Shown here piece by piece: positions 35,917 to 45,800 of a stretch of DNA of 49,951 nt; the first letter of the stretch is position 1, and every line of letters begins with the position of its first letter. The position numbers and the translations under genes were made by a program. Below the pieces are notes generated by a model that was given only the letters and a program-made list of their open reading frames with translations, had not been told where the DNA came from and did no database searches. The stretch is taken from assembly GCA_007117735.1 (NCBI GenBank), contig SKGA01000028.1, positions 1 through 49,951 of the forward strand, read 5' to 3'. This DNA comes from Candidatus Woesearchaeota archaeon. Lineage in GTDB: Archaea > Nanobdellota > Nanobdellia > Woesearchaeales > SKGA01.

Positions 35917-36417
35917 TTAAGAACAAAATCCCATGGTTATTCGTGCAACTCCCGAATCAGGAAAATAGGGAAGTAAAAATACTCCTGGTGCAGAGGTTCC
36001 TACAACATCAGGAGCACAATCAAAGGAGTTAAACGTGATGTTATGTCCTGGTCGATAAAGAATAGTAAAATGAAAAGGCATTCCCCACACATCAAGAGTA
36101 TCATCGACTAATGAAGATATAAGCTGTTCAGCCACATCACAACTTGTTCGAGAAAATCCGCAACGAAGACTTGATCGTGTTCGTCCACAATCAATAACCA
36201 TTTCTTCAACAGTTGCTTGACAAGTAGAAGAATGTGTTTGTAAGAGTGTTTGAATAAACCCTGTTGCTAATTCATTTGAAGAAAAAGACTTATACAACTG
36301 ATCACCTGTATCCGTTAATTCCCGGGAGGTTGTCGAGGAAACGTAAATAAGTAAGGCAATTGACAGAATAAGTACAATAAACACTAAACCTATTATTTCT
36401 ATTTGTGCTCGTTTCAT
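35917..36417 (-). CDS. Pilin-like protein
   Basis: MKRA|QIEIIGLVFIVLIL, matching the archaeal class III [KR][GA]|Q motif. Confidence 0.8.
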   Translation of the reverse strand: MKRAQIEIIGLVFIVLILSIALLIYVSSTTSRELTDTGDQLYKSFSSNELATGFIQTLLQTHSSTCQATVEEMVIDCGRTRSSLRCGFSRTSCDVAEQLISSLVDDTLDVWGMPFHFTILYRPGHNITFNSFDCAPDVVGTSAPGVFLLPYFPDSGVARITMGFCS

Positions 36418-36902
36418 CGGTAATACTGCTCCAGAGTTAATATTGCAAAAGAATGACGGTCAAGAACAGGGTTATGAATAGAAACAGGTATTAAAGAAGA
36501 AGATACTCTTCGAGGAGTTTCGCCTAACGTATTATTATATAATACCCAGCTTTGTGTTGAAGGATATATTTCATCAACCCGCACCATCGCATTTCCTAAT
36601 TGAGTAAAATAGTAGGGAGTAAATAAATCCGGACGTTCCTGCCTAAATCGAACAAAACCATCTAGTTTTAACATATTAAGACAATTTGCTCGCCGTACTT
36701 GTAAGGATGAACATTGTAATTCGCTCAAAGCACCAACATATTTACTAATTGCTATCGCGTCTAAATCTTGTAAAAGCGTTTCTTGTCTATCCGTTCCTCG
36801 TTCACGAGAACCACTATAAAAAACCAAACCAAAAACAAAGAGAAGAATAAGTATAATGACGGTAAAAATTGTTTCTCCTAATTGTATTTGTGCTCGTTTC
36901 AT
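36414..36902 (-). CDS. Pilin-like protein
   Basis: MKRA|QIQLGETIFTVIILILL. Confidence 0.8.
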   Translation of the reverse strand: MKRAQIQLGETIFTVIILILLFVFGLVFYSGSRERGTDRQETLLQDLDAIAISKYVGALSELQCSSLQVRRANCLNMLKLDGFVRFRQERPDLFTPYYFTQLGNAMVRVDEIYPSTQSWVLYNNTLGETPRRVSSSLIPVSIHNPVLDRHSFAILTLEQYYR

Positions 36903-36904
36903 CG

Positions 36905-38008
36905 TTAATAAAGTAAAGGACAGTTTGTTTCTAAAGCAACCCTGTTATTCAGTTGATCTATTCTTGAAGTGAGAGTGGATAGTTCTCGAATAGTAGCAGG
37001 ACTCATTCCTCGTTGTACGGTTTGATTTACTTGTTCAAGTAAATATTTCATTCCATAAAACCCTTCCCTATCTGTTCCGATAAGTAATGCTCGGCAGGAA
37101 GAACTTACTAATGGTTCTGCTTCTAAAAGTGAAGCGTGTAATACTAAACTTACTGCTTCTAAGCGATCAAGTGCCTTATCCATAACGCACGTGTATCGTT
37201 CTCTTGACTCGCTAAAAAGCGCAGCAAAAAAACTTGCTTTTCCAAGGTATGATTGAGAAACCTGTTCGATTTCTGCGACAGGTAATAAATCATTTCGAAA
37301 ATTTTCATATTGTTGAACGGTTAAGAAAAGAACTCTTCCCGATTCAAATATTCGTTGAGAGTTTGGTTGAACAAGAAGAATAGTTGTTCTATCAGCAGGT
37401 GTTTGAAAAATAGTTCTTGCAGGAGGAAGCGCCATCCCATCTATGAAAACAAAAGTATAGTGGTCTCTATTTGATTGGACTGTAGGTACGTTTGCAAAAT
37501 TATCTCGAACTACTCGCTGAGTAAAATTTGAAGGGAACGCGTCAAGAAGGGTTCGTAAAGGTACAGAAGGTTCTGGCGTGTCTTGATAAAAAATAACCTC
37601 TCGCTGTGGAGTAGTAATATACATAAATCTATCAATGGGAAAAGGAACTTCCCATTCTACTGCCCAGGTATATAATCTTCGTGTCGAAAATTCTTGGGGA
37701 GCGACAAACAAATCATATCTTGTTTCTCGTGCAGAAATGCCGTTAATTAAGAAAGAGTGTCGAGATTCTAAATAATTACAAACAAAAGAAAGATCAGTAA
37801 GTGGTGTTTGATAATCTTTAACAGTATCAGGTTGTTGTAGAGTTGTTGTGAAAATAGTATCAAACTGTCTGGCAATTTGAACATTTACTTGCTGATCAGC
37901 AGATGATTGTTGACGAAAAGAAAACGTCACTAAAAAAGCAAGTAGGATTGCTCCAATAACTAAAACAAAAATCCAGTTAAATTGAATTTCTATTTGTGCT
38001 TTACTCAT
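36905..38008 (-). CDS. Pilin-like protein, large head
   Basis: MSKA|QIEIQFNWIFVLVIGAILL. Confidence 0.8.
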   Translation of the reverse strand: MSKAQIEIQFNWIFVLVIGAILLAFLVTFSFRQQSSADQQVNVQIARQFDTIFTTTLQQPDTVKDYQTPLTDLSFVCNYLESRHSFLINGISARETRYDLFVAPQEFSTRRLYTWAVEWEVPFPIDRFMYITTPQREVIFYQDTPEPSVPLRTLLDAFPSNFTQRVVRDNFANVPTVQSNRDHYTFVFIDGMALPPARTIFQTPADRTTILLVQPNSQRIFESGRVLFLTVQQYENFRNDLLPVAEIEQVSQSYLGKASFFAALFSESRERYTCVMDKALDRLEAVSLVLHASLLEAEPLVSSSCRALLIGTDREGFYGMKYLLEQVNQTVQRGMSPATIRELSTLTSRIDQLNNRVALETNCPLLY

Positions 38009-38505
38009 GATGATTGCACCAAGGTAGTTCTTGCTTGTCCTCGCAGAGTCACATCAAAAGTTCCTGCTCGCGCAGGTATACAAAGCGGTTGTGAAGGATC
38101 ATCTAAACGCAAAGTATGAGCATAACCTAACTCTACCATAATATTATCTCTATCAAAAGTAAAAATATTCGCTTGAACTCCTTGTTCTACACTTGATTGC
38201 ATTAACCAGTACGAACCACCTGTTTGTGCTTGTCGATAAGAAACTTCTCCAGAAATTGCTCGAGGATCGATAAAACAAAGTTCTCGTTGATGACATGCTG
38301 ATGCAAAACGTTGTTGTCTAACCGAACCAAAGTCATTACTTGTCCGTATAGTATCAAGAATAGTGCTTCTTTGAATTAAATATTCACTCATACACTTATC
38401 ATCAAATAAACCCGATCCAAATCGTGCAGCAACAAGAACCAGGACTCCTATAACTAATAAAGTCATAATCATAGTAAACATGTTGCTCATTTGTGCTCGT
38501 TTCAT
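38005..38505 (-). CDS. Pilin-like protein
   Basis: MKRA|QMSNMFTMIMTLLVIGVLVL. Confidence 0.8.
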   Translation of the reverse strand: MKRAQMSNMFTMIMTLLVIGVLVLVAARFGSGLFDDKCMSEYLIQRSTILDTIRTSNDFGSVRQQRFASACHQRELCFIDPRAISGEVSYRQAQTGGSYWLMQSSVEQGVQANIFTFDRDNIMVELGYAHTLRLDDPSQPLCIPARAGTFDVTLRGQARTTLVQSS

Positions 38506-41500
38506 TGTTCTAAATTTTTAATAATAGAATCTGCTTCAATTCTACTTATTTTTCCTTTACTTACTAAAGCAAGAAGTGCTGATTGTAATTGTTCTAAAGA
38601 GTACTTTTTCTCAAGATATAATTCGTGAACCATTCCTGAAAGATCTTTTGCTTCTTCTAATTGTGTTCGAAGAGCTTGTGAAATATTAATAGTATCTAAC
38701 TCGTCAAAGACAGATGCTGGTTGTTGAGGTTCTTCTTCTACAACAGGTTCTTCATGATGGTGTTCAGGAGTAAGTAAATGATCCTTAGGAACTTTAAATG
38801 ATTCTTCAGTATTTAATTTTTCTAAGGCAGCAAAAGGTGCAATAGGATCTTGTTCTTCTTCTAAAACAGATTGTTGAGGTTCTTCTTCTACAACAGGTTC
38901 TTTTTGGAATTGATCAAGAAGACTTTTCCGTTCTGCTTTTCGTTGACCTAATCGTTCTTTTCGAAGTTTAGATTGTTCTGCTTGTTTTTTCTTTAATTCT
39001 TCTAATCTCTTTGATCGTTGTTCCACTTCTTTCTGTTGATTGACTGTTTGTTGCTGAGCTAATTGTTGTTGCTGTTGATATGACTGTTGAATTTCTTTTT
39101 GTTCTAAAGAATATCGAATATAAAAAACTCCTCCAGCTACTAAAAGCAAACCTACTAAAACCAAAATAATACCTAAAAGTGAAGGAGAAGATTCTTCGAT
39201 AATAGGCGGAGGGGTTGATTCTTGACAAGTCCCATCAATACATCGAAGACCAATTGGACAATCTGAATTACTAAAACAAGCATCTGATTCTGAGGGTTCG
39301 AAATCAGGCTCTGAAGGTTGGAAATCAGGCTCAAAATCAGTACAGGAAGTAGGGCAAGGCCCCCCACAATCAACACCTTCTTCAAAAGGATCCTGAACTC
39401 CATTATCGCACAATCCACATTGCGCTAAACAAGGTCCTCCACAATCAACACCTTCTTCTTCAGGATCTTCAATACCGTTAAAACATTGTAGAGGCATATC
39501 GATAAACCGTTCTCCAGTGACTAAATTTCCTGCTTTATCATAAACATAATAACAAAAATCTGTTGTTTCTTTTATAGAAATTGGTCTGTAGGATTGTAAA
39601 ATTGCATCATCAACATCGCAAGTGAAAGAATAAAGAAAGTCAGGTGCACAAGCAATATTATCTTGACAAGTTATAGTAATATCATATGCTTTCCATCGAG
39701 GAGTTGCTTGATAAGTTGCTTGCGGCGGTGTCGTATCACAAAGATCATCAAGAACAATAGATCGTCGTTCTGAATTATTTGCTTGATCATATACTTGAAC
39801 TTCAAGTCGGTAAGGTTCAATATCAAAATCTCCTATAATAGTATGAGTTAACCCGTCAAAAGATCCTTGTGAAAGAATTTCTCCTCCTTCTGAAAAAAGA
39901 GTGTATAACCGCTGTGCAATTCTTGATCCTGTTCCATCAGCCGCTGCTAAGAAAACTACATCTCCTGCAGTGCAAGATGCTGCTTGAGAATAAAGTGAAA
40001 TTTTTGGAGCGACGGTATCGATAAGAATACTAACTGGCTTATAGCTCGTTACAGAAGAAGTTTCACAAATAATTTCTATATCATGAGTTCCATCTAGAAG
40101 TCTAAGTGTTTGCTCATGACGTGTTGATCCTGATTGACTGAATGATCGTAAAGACATATCTGTTCGTTGACGATAAAAGCAACTCGCGTCTTGGTTTGTT
40201 GAGACTCGTAACGTATATGGTGAGGATGAAGAAATAGTTGGAGTGAGAAGTGTGATATCTAATTCATTCTGGAAAGAGAAGTCAATTGAATAAAACGCAT
40301 CTTGAACGTGTTGTGCTACGTTAAGACAAACAATTCGTTGCGCGAAGGATTCTTGTGGTGCAAAATAAGAAAGCTCTACTTGGTGGGTTGTTTGATATCG
40401 TGAACGAATTGAAGGATCATAATTTCCAAAACCTTGAGGAATGCCTTCGTTATCAAGATAAATACAGACGGTTGGATCGCTTGTAGTTACTTGAAGAGTG
40501 GTTGAAATATCTCGAGGGTTGATGATAGGATTTGGTGTTGCTTGAACAGTAAGAACGGGTGGAGTGAGATCATAGCCCAGTTCAAAGGAAAGACTATCTA
40601 TTCCTCCTGATTCATCTTGACAAAGAACAAGCCAATCTTGAGATTCAGTCTCACCACTTGAAAAACCATGAAGTGCAGTATCAATCATGTGTTGATGACT
40701 TTGCTGTCCAGTAGAAGTAAACGGTTCGTAGGAGGAAAAAAGAGTTTGAGGATCTTGAGAACTTGCAGGTCCGTGTACACAGCTTGCTTCTAGAGATGTT
40801 TCTACAGCTAGTACGAAAGAATGTGTTTTTCCTATTCCAAATCGCGGAGATAGTAAGGTAATATCTAATGAAGAAGAGGGGGGTGTGGATGTTAACAGTA
40901 GTTCTCCTCGTGATCGTAAACCTGCTCTATTTGTTACTTCATAACAAAATTTCCCTTCTTCAATAAGAGTAAATGTTTGATTAACAGGTTCTCGAATACT
41001 TACTGTTTCAGGACAAGTAGCGTCAAAAGGAACAATGCCGTAACTAAAGAAGTCTTCACAACCACTTTGTTCATCAGTACAAGTTACAGTCACATCGAAT
41101 CCTTGCATAGATTCTTCCACTTCAACACTGTGACGAGGAGGTATCGTGTCACAACGAATAGGATCAAAATCTGAAATTTCAATAGATAGTCTTGATTCTT
41201 GACTTTCTAGATCTGCAGGATTAATTGCTCGAACAATCCACGTGACTGAATCTCCTTGAACTGCTTCTAAAGGAACTGATTGAGAATAAGTTATTTCTTG
41301 TGAGGTTGGTTGATTTGGTGTTAGTTCTGAAGAAAAAATAGTATTATTAAATTCTAAAGAAATGTTGTATTGTACTGTTGCATTAGGAGAAAAAATGGTT
41401 AAAGGCAGTATATCGCTACCACACGTTAAAGATGGAGCGTCTAAGGTAGGTGCAACAGGAGGAGTACTATCTACAGTAAAGATAAATGATTGTGATTGTT

Positions 41501-42788
41501 GTGCTCCTAAACCTGTTGCTTGACAAACAACATCTACAGTATAATCTCCATCCTCTAAATTAGAAAGAGAAAGTTGATGAGACTCTGAAGGTTGCGAACT
41601 AAGAGTTGATGTTTCTCCTTGGAATGTCGCATCACACGTACTAAAAAGACTTGTTGAAAAATTAAGTTCTGGGTTTCGTTGTGCAAAATAATTTCGTTGT
41701 AAATCTATAGAAAATGTTCGGGAAAGTTCTACACTGTACGTTTCAACTATTGTTGATGATGAAAGTGCAGGGTTCTGACAAACTAATCGAAGATCAAAAT
41801 CTGTTCGAGTATTAAGGTTGAAAAGTTTTCCTGGAAAACCAAATTGTTTTTGATAAGAAAAAGGGTAATCTCGAAGACTGGTAATGTCTGAAGGTTCTAA
41901 AAATCTTCCTGAGACATCATCTTGTTCTGGTGAAGGGTTTGAAACGTGATCGTAAGTACAATAAATAAGATCATCACTTTCAACAGAGAGTTGTGTTCGA
42001 ATAGAAAATTCATCTTGAATGAGTTGTGGTGTAAAATTAGCAGTTAATCGAGGACTACTCGTATCATATCCAAAATAAAAGCTTTCTAAAAAATAAAAAT
42101 GTTGTCCTTGATTATTTGTTTGTTGACAAACAACAATATATCGATTAGCATCAAGATTATCATATCGAAATGTTGAAGTAACAGGTAACTCATATTGATT
42201 AGGATTAGAAGTTTGCGTGACATTAATACTGTGTTGTCGAGTAATAAGATTTGGATCGTTGTTAAAATAACTAAATCCTCCTTCATTAAAAATGTCTTCT
42301 GCAGTTCCTGATAACGGAGGAATATAACGTTTTACTCGGCACGTTGCAGGCAAGAGAGTTGAAAGTTCTACGCGAAATGGCGAACTTGTTCCTATTGCAA
42401 AATCTTGTGCTTCTCGAGTAAGATAGGGTACTTGCGGATGTGAGACCCAGATAAATCGTTCTGGTTCTTCAATACTAAATGATCGTTCAATTCTTTGCTG
42501 ATTTTGATCACTATCAGTAGCATCAAGAACAAGAATATAATCTCCAGGTAATAAAAAACTCTGAATTGCTACGTCAAACTCATAACCGTTTTGTGATGTT
42601 GGTTGGAGTGGTAATTGAAAACCAGAATCATAAAGAAGATAAGAATTCTGGATAGTGACGGGTGCATCTGCTGGACCGTATTCTATCCGTAAGGTAGGTG
42701 TCGGATTTGATGTTGATAATGCAGAAATACTTGGGAGAGTTAAAAGTAGTAAAAAGGCCAATACCAGATAATAATATCTAACATGCAA
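38502..42788 (-). CDS. 1428-aa type I membrane surface protein with tandem Ig-like domains, Cys-rich repeats, TM helix and cytoplasmic coiled coil
   Basis: Sec signal peptide; repeated D..PP linkers and T...A.C...F...G...H units; two C.NG..DP.EEGVDCGGPC repeats; TM near aa 1205-1225; Q/K/E-rich tail. Confidence 0.8.
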   Translation of the reverse strand: MHVRYYYLVLAFLLLLTLPSISALSTSNPTPTLRIEYGPADAPVTIQNSYLLYDSGFQLPLQPTSQNGYEFDVAIQSFLLPGDYILVLDATDSDQNQQRIERSFSIEEPERFIWVSHPQVPYLTREAQDFAIGTSSPFRVELSTLLPATCRVKRYIPPLSGTAEDIFNEGGFSYFNNDPNLITRQHSINVTQTSNPNQYELPVTSTFRYDNLDANRYIVVCQQTNNQGQHFYFLESFYFGYDTSSPRLTANFTPQLIQDEFSIRTQLSVESDDLIYCTYDHVSNPSPEQDDVSGRFLEPSDITSLRDYPFSYQKQFGFPGKLFNLNTRTDFDLRLVCQNPALSSSTIVETYSVELSRTFSIDLQRNYFAQRNPELNFSTSLFSTCDATFQGETSTLSSQPSESHQLSLSNLEDGDYTVDVVCQATGLGAQQSQSFIFTVDSTPPVAPTLDAPSLTCGSDILPLTIFSPNATVQYNISLEFNNTIFSSELTPNQPTSQEITYSQSVPLEAVQGDSVTWIVRAINPADLESQESRLSIEISDFDPIRCDTIPPRHSVEVEESMQGFDVTVTCTDEQSGCEDFFSYGIVPFDATCPETVSIREPVNQTFTLIEEGKFCYEVTNRAGLRSRGELLLTSTPPSSSLDITLLSPRFGIGKTHSFVLAVETSLEASCVHGPASSQDPQTLFSSYEPFTSTGQQSHQHMIDTALHGFSSGETESQDWLVLCQDESGGIDSLSFELGYDLTPPVLTVQATPNPIINPRDISTTLQVTTSDPTVCIYLDNEGIPQGFGNYDPSIRSRYQTTHQVELSYFAPQESFAQRIVCLNVAQHVQDAFYSIDFSFQNELDITLLTPTISSSSPYTLRVSTNQDASCFYRQRTDMSLRSFSQSGSTRHEQTLRLLDGTHDIEIICETSSVTSYKPVSILIDTVAPKISLYSQAASCTAGDVVFLAAADGTGSRIAQRLYTLFSEGGEILSQGSFDGLTHTIIGDFDIEPYRLEVQVYDQANNSERRSIVLDDLCDTTPPQATYQATPRWKAYDITITCQDNIACAPDFLYSFTCDVDDAILQSYRPISIKETTDFCYYVYDKAGNLVTGERFIDMPLQCFNGIEDPEEEGVDCGGPCLAQCGLCDNGVQDPFEEGVDCGGPCPTSCTDFEPDFQPSEPDFEPSESDACFSNSDCPIGLRCIDGTCQESTPPPIIEESSPSLLGIILVLVGLLLVAGGVFYIRYSLEQKEIQQSYQQQQQLAQQQTVNQQKEVEQRSKRLEELKKKQAEQSKLRKERLGQRKAERKSLLDQFQKEPVVEEEPQQSVLEEEQDPIAPFAALEKLNTEESFKVPKDHLLTPEHHHEEPVVEEEPQQPASVFDELDTINISQALRTQLEEAKDLSGMVHELYLEKKYSLEQLQSALLALVSKGKISRIEADSIIKNLEQ
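38721..38902. repeat. Perfect 32-bp direct repeat (38721-38752 and 38871-38902)
   Basis: TTGTTGAGGTTCTTCTTCTACAACAGGTTCTT occurs twice, 150 bp apart and in frame (EPVVEEEPQQ). Confidence 0.9.
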
Positions 42789-42803
42789 TGTCTTACCTCT
42801 TTT

Positions 42804-45800
42804 TTAGGGAATGAAAAAAATAGTTGGTTCTTCAAACACAATATTTCTTACTTTTGGATTAATTTGTAACCAGTCTCCTTGATTTCCTCCCCGATCAACA
42901 GCTCTAAAATAAAGATGACTTCTCGCGTGTGTTTCTACAGATAGCAATAAATCTACCTCTGAAGAAGTAGTTCTTGAAACTCCTCCTTGACAATGAGTAA
43001 GAGGATCAAACGTTGCAAGATCAACCGCTGGTCCAAAGCAGTACTCTATCTCTTGACAACCAAACTGTTGAATGGGAATTTGCGAATCAAAATCATCACA
43101 GACTAAACGTAGTTCTCGTTCGAGTACCCAATCAAACAGCGTTGGGAAATAAGGAGTAAATGGTTCTTGTAATGTATCTCGTGCAAGTACTGAAACAGTT
43201 GGCGCGAGTCTATCAATCGTGAAGGTTGCATAATCTCCTGGTTCTTGCTCAGTAATTTCATTAGAGAATTCGCATGAGAAATAGAAAATATAAGGTCTGC
43301 TTTCTTGTGCTTGAATCCCTAATGATGAAGGAAATGAATCTAGACGATGAATATGTGTCGTTCCTCCTGTTTGAGAAAAGGTTCCTCTTGCTTGTGCATG
43401 AGGTCTTTGTTCTGTATCAAACTTACACGTAGCATCATTTACTGTTTGTAATTCTAAAACAACGCTAGAGAGATTTCGATACACTCCTCCTCGTGGAAGA
43501 ATATTAAAGATTGAAGGATTTGCTTCTATAGTAATATCTTCTTGGTATACAAGATCATTCCCAAAATCATCATAACAAGTGAGATTAAAATAATAATAGC
43601 CATCTTGTAAAAATAAGTAGGTGGCGTTAAAGTCTGTTCCAAAGGAAGCAACGTGTTGTCCTCCAATAACTTGTCCTGTTAAATGATCATGTAATCTTCC
43701 TTCACAGAATGAAGACTTGTCTATTTCAAAAGAGACGGTGAGGTTTGTTCGATAGATTCGAGGAGCAACATCAAAAGAATCTTCTTTCGTTTCAAATGAG
43801 ACCAATTCAGGACTCGTTTTATCTATAAAAATAAAACTATGATTAACTACTTCTAAATTTCTAGCTGGATCCATTGAATAATAGAGTAATACATATTCTT
43901 GACTATCATCTGAAAGGTTAGTATATCCATCTCCTCCCGGTAAATAATCATCTAAAGTATAAACAGGGTATGTCGGACAACCTTGATCTAAACAAGCGAG
44001 AGCTACAGATGAGTCAGTAGTGCAATCATCACAATCATCTGGCATATAACATTGTATTTGTGCACAGCTTGCGGGCGCAAGTGCTACATAAGTTAAAAGT
44101 CGTTCACTTTCCCAGGTTGAGTCTTCTACTGTGAAAAGGATTTCTGATAATTGGCTTTTTCCATATACGGGCAAATAAGAACCATCTGTTCGTTGATATC
44201 GAGTTTCTTGAACTGGTGAACGTAGTTGTAAAGTTGTTTCCGGAGCTTCATTATCTAAAATACAATCAAGTCGTTCTGAATTTCGAACTCCTGTACTTAA
44301 CGATCCTGTTCCTCGTTCAAAGCAATCGTCATAAAAAGGATTTATTGAAGAGACATATCCATCACGATTACTAAAGCAACCTTGAACACCTCCTTGATCA
44401 ACCCATTGACAAGTTCCTCTCCCAAAAAGATCATTACTTAACTGCCTTGGTTCATTTGTTCCAGCAATTCGTTGATTTCCGTCGTAAAAAACATTTATTT
44501 CAAACGCTTGATTATTCGTTCCTACACATTGTTCTTCAGTTTCATAAAAGAAACAACCAATAGTTTCTTGTGCTAAACATGCTGGAAGGAAAGGATCAGA
44601 GTGTCGAACAGGAAGAGAGATATCTGCGTTTCTAAAAACGGTTTGTTCTACTCTAGGAGGTGAAGCTGATTGATTGTGGTTTTGTGTTTCTTTAAAGAAA
44701 CAATCACCGTATAATCCGCAAAAATTTTCGTTACAAGTTCCAATCGGACTATCCGTATCACAAAGTGTACAATTTTGATCTTGTACCTCTACTGGTTGAC
44801 AAACTCCAAGACCTAATTCATCACTATAACTTTGCCAAGAACAACCATTTACTGCTTGATTATCATCTAAATCAGTAAACCTAAAACAAGGGTCTTGAGA
44901 ACAAGCTCCTTCTGTCTGATAATCATAACAACTTCGTACTTCATCACAAGAATCATACGTTTCAAAAAATCCTCCTCTCATATCTAAATAACAAAGACCA
45001 ATTTGTGAACCTTCTGGTTCTGGTGTTGCGAGAGGTTGGCTAGGGTCATATTCAAAATCTTCACAAAATAAAAGGGTTGAACCTGTCGAAAAAGACATTT
45101 GTACTTCAAAATTGTAAGGTGAGAATTGGTCAAATAACCCGTTACATAACTCACAAGGTCCTGATTGTACACAAGCAGCTCCTGTTGCTAAAGGATTGTT
45201 TGGTTGAAATGGCGTGTGAACACAGGTTTCACTTGCAGAACAAAATTCTACTGTTTGAAACGTGTTATTCGTATACACGTTATCTCGAATAGTTTCCACA
45301 TAACATCCTGTCGGACTTTCTCCGCCAAAAGAATCCGTTGCACAAATTAAACCAAAAGCTCGTGGTTGATGGCAATACAAATCCCCTGAATTAAAACAAG
45401 GAAGGGTTCCATCCGCATCTACCGCACAGTGTTCTTGACCATCCGCGGTCAAAGTACAAACATTGTAACAATAGTTAGTATTCTCTTGAAGTGCTGAAGC
45501 GAATATTGCTTCCTGTAACGTCTGTTGAACAATTTTTGAATTTTTTGTCCCCTGTGCGCAAGTATTCGGACTTACCCCGCTTTCTTCACACATAATAATA
45601 CGATGACCAACAATATTTTGTTGACAAGATGCTGAAAGATTAGTTCTCCATCGCAATTTTACATCGCTTGTACCTTGGGTATAATATACCCCTGTTGGAA
45701 ATTCTAAATTAGCATAAGAATCAAGAATGTTTCGAGTGTTTTGTCGTTGAGAATCAGTAAATTCATCTAAGAAAGAAGGTGCTTGTTCATCACAAGTATT

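Noticed and set aside
28637..38505. Archaellum (flagellin) operon
   Set aside because: No archaellin G-x-x-x-L-I-x-F-I-A-x-V-L-V-A-A N-terminus and no FlaH/I/J in the window.
38721..39470. Direct repeats considered as a CRISPR array or a diversity-generating retroelement TR/VR pair
   Set aside because: Only two copies each, in frame within a CDS, with no spacer periodicity, no adenine-specific mismatch pattern, and no cas or reverse transcriptase gene in the window.
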